DNA from: Candidatus Saccharimonadota bacterium
GTDB lineage: Bacteria; Patescibacteriota; Saccharimonadia; UBA4664
Assembly: GCA_019352195.1 (NCBI GenBank)
Contig: JACAFG010000005.1
Location: forward strand, 156,287-220,286
Length of the DNA stretch: 64,000 nucleotides
Direction of reading: 5' to 3'
Shown: positions 59,292-64,000 of the stretch, piece after piece
How the letters are laid out: each line of letters begins with the position of its first letter
Numbering within the stretch: the first letter of the stretch is position 1
Program-made: the position numbers and the translations under genes
The notes under the pieces: model-generated
Database searches by the model: none
Seen by the model: only the letters and a program-made list of their open reading frames with translations
Told to the model about the DNA's origin: nothing

Positions 59292-59675
59292 ATGGAAGAA
59301 GATAAGACCACTCTTGAAGCCGTTCACCGCCTCATGCTCGAGCTCGCCGAAACGCGCGAGAAAATGAAGCACATCAAAGACGACCTTAAAGATATCGCTG
59401 AGCAAAACGACGAATACCGCGCCTTGGCCGAAGAGCTCAAAGAAGCATCGGTGAAGCGCCAAACCGCCAAAAAACTGCTTGAGGCCGATAAGGATTATCA
59501 AACGGTTAATTCGGAGCTCGAAGAGCTGAAGTTCAAATACAAAGACTTGCAGGAAATTATGAGTCACCACTTGGTAACCTATTTTAGCGAAACCAACGAA
59601 ACCCAAATTGCTTCGCCCGAAGGCGATAGTATGCAGGTGGTAGTGTCGGCCAAACTGGGTAAAGCCACCGCCTAA
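59292..59675 (+). CDS. Coiled-coil hypothetical protein
   Basis: 127-aa heptad-rich ORF, SD GGAG. Confidence 0.75.
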   Translation: MEEDKTTLEAVHRLMLELAETREKMKHIKDDLKDIAEQNDEYRALAEELKEASVKRQTAKKLLEADKDYQTVNSELEELKFKYKDLQEIMSHHLVTYFSETNETQIASPEGDSMQVVVSAKLGKATA

Positions 59676-59704
59676 TCTCGTGTTGGCTCGCTGCCGAGAC
59701 GTGC

Positions 59705-59736
59705 AAACGCCCGCCCCTTACGGGGCGGGCGTTTTT
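59705..59736. terminator. Intrinsic terminator
   Basis: AAACGCCCGCCCC-TTAC-GGGGCGGGCGTTTTT. Confidence 0.8.
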
Positions 59737-60341
59737 GGTTGCGGCCGCTCGGCGCCCTGGCGATGGTACGGGACGTTGTTGGCGGCGAAGTAACAGAGCT
59801 TTTCGATGTTCGGGTGCAGCCAGTCGCCGTTGACGGTGAACAGACCCCGGCTGGTGAGCTCCTGGACCGTGGGGTCGACGGGCGTTCTGTGGGCGATGAC
59901 CCACGCCCAGAAGTTGATGTCACGGTGCCGGGCGTTGACCAACTTGACCATGGCAGGGCTGCTCAGATGATGCTCGTCATGGATCAGGACGCCGGAGCCG
60001 AGGAGCTCGGGGATACGTCGCCACCTCAATTGCAAGGCCAGCAGAACGGCGTGGCGCCGCTTGAGCGACTCGTACTTGGCCACAAATGCGGCCTCGGTGT
60101 CAGCTGCTTCTTTGATGTGCGCATCGATGTTGGCCTGCAGGACCGGCAGGCTGGCGTCCGCGAAGGAGCCAATGGTGTTCATCTCAAGGATCAGGATGCC
60201 GACGAGGCGTTCCCAGTCCGGGAAGTACAGGGCAGTGCCCCACTGCTTGACGTTCGACGCCGCCTTCGCGAGTTCATCAGAACTGAACGTAGGCAGGGCA
60301 CGAAGCAGCTGGTCGCGCTGACGATCTAGCAAGTAAGTCAT
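59718..60341 (-). CDS. Hypothetical protein
   Basis: SD GAGG; TTGACA..TATTAT promoter upstream (~60406-60383). Confidence 0.6.
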   Translation of the reverse strand: MTYLLDRQRDQLLRALPTFSSDELAKAASNVKQWGTALYFPDWERLVGILILEMNTIGSFADASLPVLQANIDAHIKEAADTEAAFVAKYESLKRRHAVLLALQLRWRRIPELLGSGVLIHDEHHLSSPAMVKLVNARHRDINFWAWVIAHRTPVDPTVQELTSRGLFTVNGDWLHPNIEKLCYFAANNVPYHRQGAERPQPKTPAP

Positions 60342-60449
60342 GACCCATCCTCGGGGTTGTCGGTACGATTAATCCATATATAATACTACTTTTCTCTGAC
60401 ATTGTCAAAAAATGTATCGTGTGCCGGGGTTTGAGAATGGGCCTGATTA

Positions 60450-60995
60450 AGGTAAATAAAAGCAACCATAATTTATCAGTGGCTGTCGTTATACCGATGA
60501 GGGGCTCGTCATAATTTCGGCTGGATTTATTGGACGGGGCGGCGGATCTAATCTGATAATATCGCCCAGTTTGGTGCCGGTCATTTCAAGGCTCAGTCCC
60601 AAGGCCTGCCGCACCCGTCCAGGACCAGACGCGAGCATGCTGGTACTGGTTTGATGGCGGCGGCGCTGCATGAGCGGGAGGCCAATGGTGGGGCGCAAGC
60701 TGCGAATCAGAATGGCTTGAGCGCTGCCGGCGGGGCCTGTCACCAAATTTAGGCACAGATGAATACCGTATGAGCGGTAAACGTAAACTACCCCAGCCGC
60801 CTCAAACATTGGTTGGTTACGAGTCGAGGGACCACGATGGGCATGAGAGGCGGCATCACGCTCACCATGGTAGGCTTCGACTTCGGTGATAACGCCGCCG
60901 GTTGTTCCGTCGGCTGCGGTGCTGGTGAGCTGCCAACCAAGCAGACGCGGCGGCGCCTGTAAGACGTTAGCCGAAAGTAGCGTTAACGAGTCCAT
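60450..60995 (-). pseudogene. DNA-3-methyladenine glycosylase (MPG/Aag) with frameshift near C-terminus
   Basis: ITEVEAY, DAASH, YVYRSYGIHLCLN, GPG; the expected IGIT..D.LW tail continues in another frame after the C-run at ~60501-60504; end approximate. Confidence 0.75.
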
Positions 60996-61033
60996 ACCGA
61001 TATGCTACCATTTGGCAATAACAAAGGGCGCAC

Positions 61034-61462
61034 ATGCTAAAAGACTTTAAACAATTTCTCTTGCGCGGCAACGTGGTCGACCTGGCGGTAGCGGTCGTGA
61101 TTGGCGCGGCCTTTAACAGTGTCGTGCAAAGTATGGTCAAAGATCTCATCACGCCGCTCATTGCAGCGGTCGGGGGCAAGCGCGACTTTAGCGCGCTGAG
61201 TTTTACCATTAACGGGTCGACTTTCTTGTACGGCGAGTTTTTGAACCAGCTTATTTCTTTTGTGGTGGTGGCCGCGGTGGTATTCTTCTTTGTCGTTAAG
61301 CCAATTAACCACCTCATTTCGTTATCGAAGCGCAGAGAAGCGCCCGCCGATCCGACCACGCGTAAGTGTCCGGAATGCGTTAGCGAAATCCCCCGCGAAG
61401 CTTCACGCTGCGCGTTTTGTACGGCCAAGGTTGAGCCGACGAAAGTTACTGCCCTAACCTAG
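61034..61462 (+). CDS. mscL: Large-conductance mechanosensitive channel, with C-terminal Zn ribbon
   Basis: FKQFLLRGNVVDLAVAVVIGAAF; CPEC..RCAFC. Confidence 0.95.
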   Translation: MLKDFKQFLLRGNVVDLAVAVVIGAAFNSVVQSMVKDLITPLIAAVGGKRDFSALSFTINGSTFLYGEFLNQLISFVVVAAVVFFFVVKPINHLISLSKRREAPADPTTRKCPECVSEIPREASRCAFCTAKVEPTKVTALT

Positions 61463-61474
61463 ATTGGATGTTTT

Positions 61475-61876
61475 ATGAGATCGTTTGGTGCCCCTATATC
61501 ACGAGACCGCATTGCCGAAATTACGGCAGCCATTGCTGAGATTGCGCCACGTCTGCCGCTGCATCGCGATGTCACTGGCGCCGACTATCTGATGGAGCCA
61601 GATGACATGGTGGTGATTCATTTGGCGGAACTCAATATCAAAAAAGGTCCGCGGCTGCGCATTGGCGCCACGATGCCCGAAGCCCGGCCGCCCTTTGATT
61701 GGCTCTACGAGCTATCGTCCGATGTCACTCCGGCCGATTACTTTAAGCATTATTTGGTACTGGATGATCAGATCGTGTTGGCACATCTGAAAGTCTTAAC
61801 TCCGATTGACGACGTGGAGGCTGATCTCATCATGGCTGATTTGGCGGTGGCCTCCGAACTCCTTATGACGATTTAG
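61475..61876 (+). CDS. Hypothetical protein
   Basis: 133-aa ORF following mscL. Confidence 0.6.
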   Translation: MRSFGAPISRDRIAEITAAIAEIAPRLPLHRDVTGADYLMEPDDMVVIHLAELNIKKGPRLRIGATMPEARPPFDWLYELSSDVTPADYFKHYLVLDDQIVLAHLKVLTPIDDVEADLIMADLAVASELLMTI

Positions 61877-63509
61877 TGGCTTTTGGGCTGGGAGCGGCCG
61901 CGTTCGAGGTGCGCAGCTCCGCGGTGGGAATGAGATAAAACAGCACGACGCAGACCGCGCACAAAGCCATAGCGACGATGAAGACCGTGGCAATGGCATC
62001 GGCGATGGTGGCACGCGTAAGGGCGAGGTAGGCGTTAATGGCGGCGGTAATGGGCGCTACCGCGGCCGCCGGAATGACTTTGGTAATAGCACTCATAATG
62101 CCCGCAACGGCTTGATGTGACGTCACGATGTTGGGGTCGCGTAACTTAACGACCAGAGCGGACAAATGCGGATCTGATAGCCCCGTGAGCGGCAGCGCGG
62201 CCAAACCCGAACGGACCTGATTGTTAAACACGGTCCCAAGTACGCTTGAGCCAATGGCGCCGCCAATCGTTCGGAAAAAGGTGGCGGCACCGGTAACCAC
62301 GCCAATATCTTCAGGTCCAAAGGCGTTTTGAATAATGATTGGCATAAGTGGCAATGACGGTCCAAAGCCGAGACCGAGGATGACGCTATTTAAGATAATG
62401 GTAGCGTTGCTGGTAGTGCTCGTGAGGTGTGATAGTAAAAACAGACCTAGGGTGGCCACGAGCAGGGCGACGATACCGACGGCACGGTACTTGCCGGTGC
62501 GCGACACGATTTGCCCCGAGGCAATGGACGATACCACGATGCCGGCCGTTAGGGGGAGCAAAATAAGCCCCGAATTGGTGGCACTTTGGCCGACAACGAT
62601 TTGAACAAAGATGGGTATGTAGAGGATGCCGCCAAATAAGACCCCAGCCGACAGCACAATGATGGCGTTTCCTAGGGTGAAAGTGGTATTGCCAAACAGC
62701 CGCAGCGGTAGGAGCGGGTCGGCAGCAATCGCCTCCACGCCGATAAATACCGCGGTCATAAGGGCGCTTGAGAGGAACAAGCCAATGATGACGCCACTGG
62801 ACCACGGGTGTGTGACACCGCCCCAGGTTAGGGCCAAAACTAGCGGCACGACCGCGGCAGCGAGAGTAATCGCCCCCAGCCAATCGACACTACCATGAGC
62901 ATCACGTTTGATATTGGGTAGCGCATAACTAGCGATTATCAGAGCTCCAATTCCGATGGGAACATTGATGAAAAAGATCCAGTGCCAACCGTAATGGTCG
63001 GTAATATAGCCTCCCAGCGTGGGTCCAATAACACTCGAGAGACCAAAGACCGCGCCAATCAGGCCGGTCCACTTGCCTCGCTCACGCGGCGGGAAAATAT
63101 CGGCAATAATGGTGAAGGCAGCGGCCGCTAGTCCCCCACCGCCAATGCCCTGGATAACGCGGGCGCCGATCAACCAGTGGATGTTGGTGGCAAAACCACA
63201 TAATACGGAGCCGAGCAGAAAGATCAGCACGTTAAAGAAAAACATGACCTTGCGGCCATAGATATCACTGAGTTTTGAGGTGATGGGAACGGCCACGGCT
63301 TGGGCAATGAGATAGGCGGCGACCACCGAGGTGTAGCTGGAGAAACTATTTAAGTCACGTAGGATGGTCGGCAAGGCCGTACCAACAATGGTTTGATCAA
63401 GAGCCGCTAAAAACATCCCCGCGATCACACTTACCAAGATGCCGGCTTTGGCGCGGCCCGATAATTCTTGCAGCAACGGTATCATCTCCTTTAGTTGGTA
63501 GGTTCTCAT
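61863..63509 (-). CDS. DHA2/EmrB-QacA family MFS transporter
   Basis: [36 protein letters not shown]. Confidence 0.93.
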   Translation of the reverse strand: MRTYQLKEMIPLLQELSGRAKAGILVSVIAGMFLAALDQTIVGTALPTILRDLNSFSSYTSVVAAYLIAQAVAVPITSKLSDIYGRKVMFFFNVLIFLLGSVLCGFATNIHWLIGARVIQGIGGGGLAAAAFTIIADIFPPRERGKWTGLIGAVFGLSSVIGPTLGGYITDHYGWHWIFFINVPIGIGALIIASYALPNIKRDAHGSVDWLGAITLAAAVVPLVLALTWGGVTHPWSSGVIIGLFLSSALMTAVFIGVEAIAADPLLPLRLFGNTTFTLGNAIIVLSAGVLFGGILYIPIFVQIVVGQSATNSGLILLPLTAGIVVSSIASGQIVSRTGKYRAVGIVALLVATLGLFLLSHLTSTTSNATIILNSVILGLGFGPSLPLMPIIIQNAFGPEDIGVVTGAATFFRTIGGAIGSSVLGTVFNNQVRSGLAALPLTGLSDPHLSALVVKLRDPNIVTSHQAVAGIMSAITKVIPAAAVAPITAAINAYLALTRATIADAIATVFIVAMALCAVCVVLFYLIPTAELRTSNAAAPSPKATKSS

Positions 63510-63576
63510 AACCTGGCGACCGGGTGCAAGTAAAATGCTTGGCTCGCTCTCAGCTGTTTTGGCTTACAATAGAACT

Positions 63577-64000
63577 ATGAAACGCACCACTCATAAACGT
63601 GCGACTGCCGGACTCATAATTTTGTGCGTCTATCTTGGTTTGGTCATTACCTTTGAACTCGTGCGAGCGCTGACGTCCATTCCGATCGTCGAGTGGCTGG
63701 CATCGAGTCCGGCGGGTCTAGCGCGCGGTGAATGGTGGCGTCTGGTAACGAGCGCCTTCGTCGTCGAAGGCCCGGTCGCGCCGCAAATTGCCATTACGGC
63801 AATCCTGGGTGGCCTCATTATATGGTTCCGGGGATCGTGGATGTTCTGGGGCATTGCCACTGCCGGACATATTTTTGGAACACTATTTACCTACGTGGCA
63901 GTTATTGGCGCGGGCACCCTAACACTCCATCAGCTGCATCACTTTCTGGGTGCGCCGGATTACGGGATATCACTGATTTGGAGCTCCGCTTTGGGGGCGC
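63577..64000 (+). CDS. Rhomboid-like membrane protein (partial)
   Basis: Manual translation: GEWWRLVTSAF, GH, DYGIS; runs off window. Confidence 0.65.
   Translation, partial: MKRTTHKRATAGLIILCVYLGLVITFELVRALTSIPIVEWLASSPAGLARGEWWRLVTSAFVVEGPVAPQIAITAILGGLIIWFRGSWMFWGIATAGHIFGTLFTYVAVIGAGTLTLHQLHHFLGAPDYGISLIWSSALGA

Noticed and set aside
59739-60329. 196-aa plus-strand ORF and many similar antisense ORFs
   Set aside because: Shadows of GC3-rich genes on the opposite strand, which have the SD, promoter or motifs.
1-64000. Alternative genetic code (TGA=Gly) or prophage
   Set aside because: TGA terminates well-conserved genes such as scpB, mreB and gltX; no phage structural or replication genes seen.

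Overview
64-kb chromosomal window from a bacterium using the standard genetic code. Gene content and style (der, scpAB, rluB, gltX, mreB, sortase, PAS kinases, many apparently leaderless genes) suggest Patescibacteria/CPR, probably Saccharibacteria; this is inference. The main discovery is two tRNA-anchored arrays of small gene cassettes with no integrase in the window. Downstream of tRNA-Leu(CAA) (25721-25806), about 12 copies of a 29-bp junction (consensus GTTCGAACGTCGCCCACGGTGGTGTACCA, ending in the tRNA's own GTACCA) split about 18 kb into 0.6-4.5 kb cassettes. These carry toxin-antitoxin pairs, a helicase with a hammerhead ribozyme, acetyltransferases, hydrolases and a cytochrome b. Downstream of tRNA-Glu(CTC), a different junction (...GGGACTACCA) delimits two TA cassettes. 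Read antisense, each junction family encodes a conserved peptide, as expected for the C-terminal tail of a recombinase gene spanning attP. This points to an integron-like system that accumulates cassettes at tRNA 3' ends. Also present: a duplicated ~250-bp promoter/structured-RNA/terminator unit, an ApbE flavinylation redox cluster with CRP boxes nearby, and several disrupted genes.
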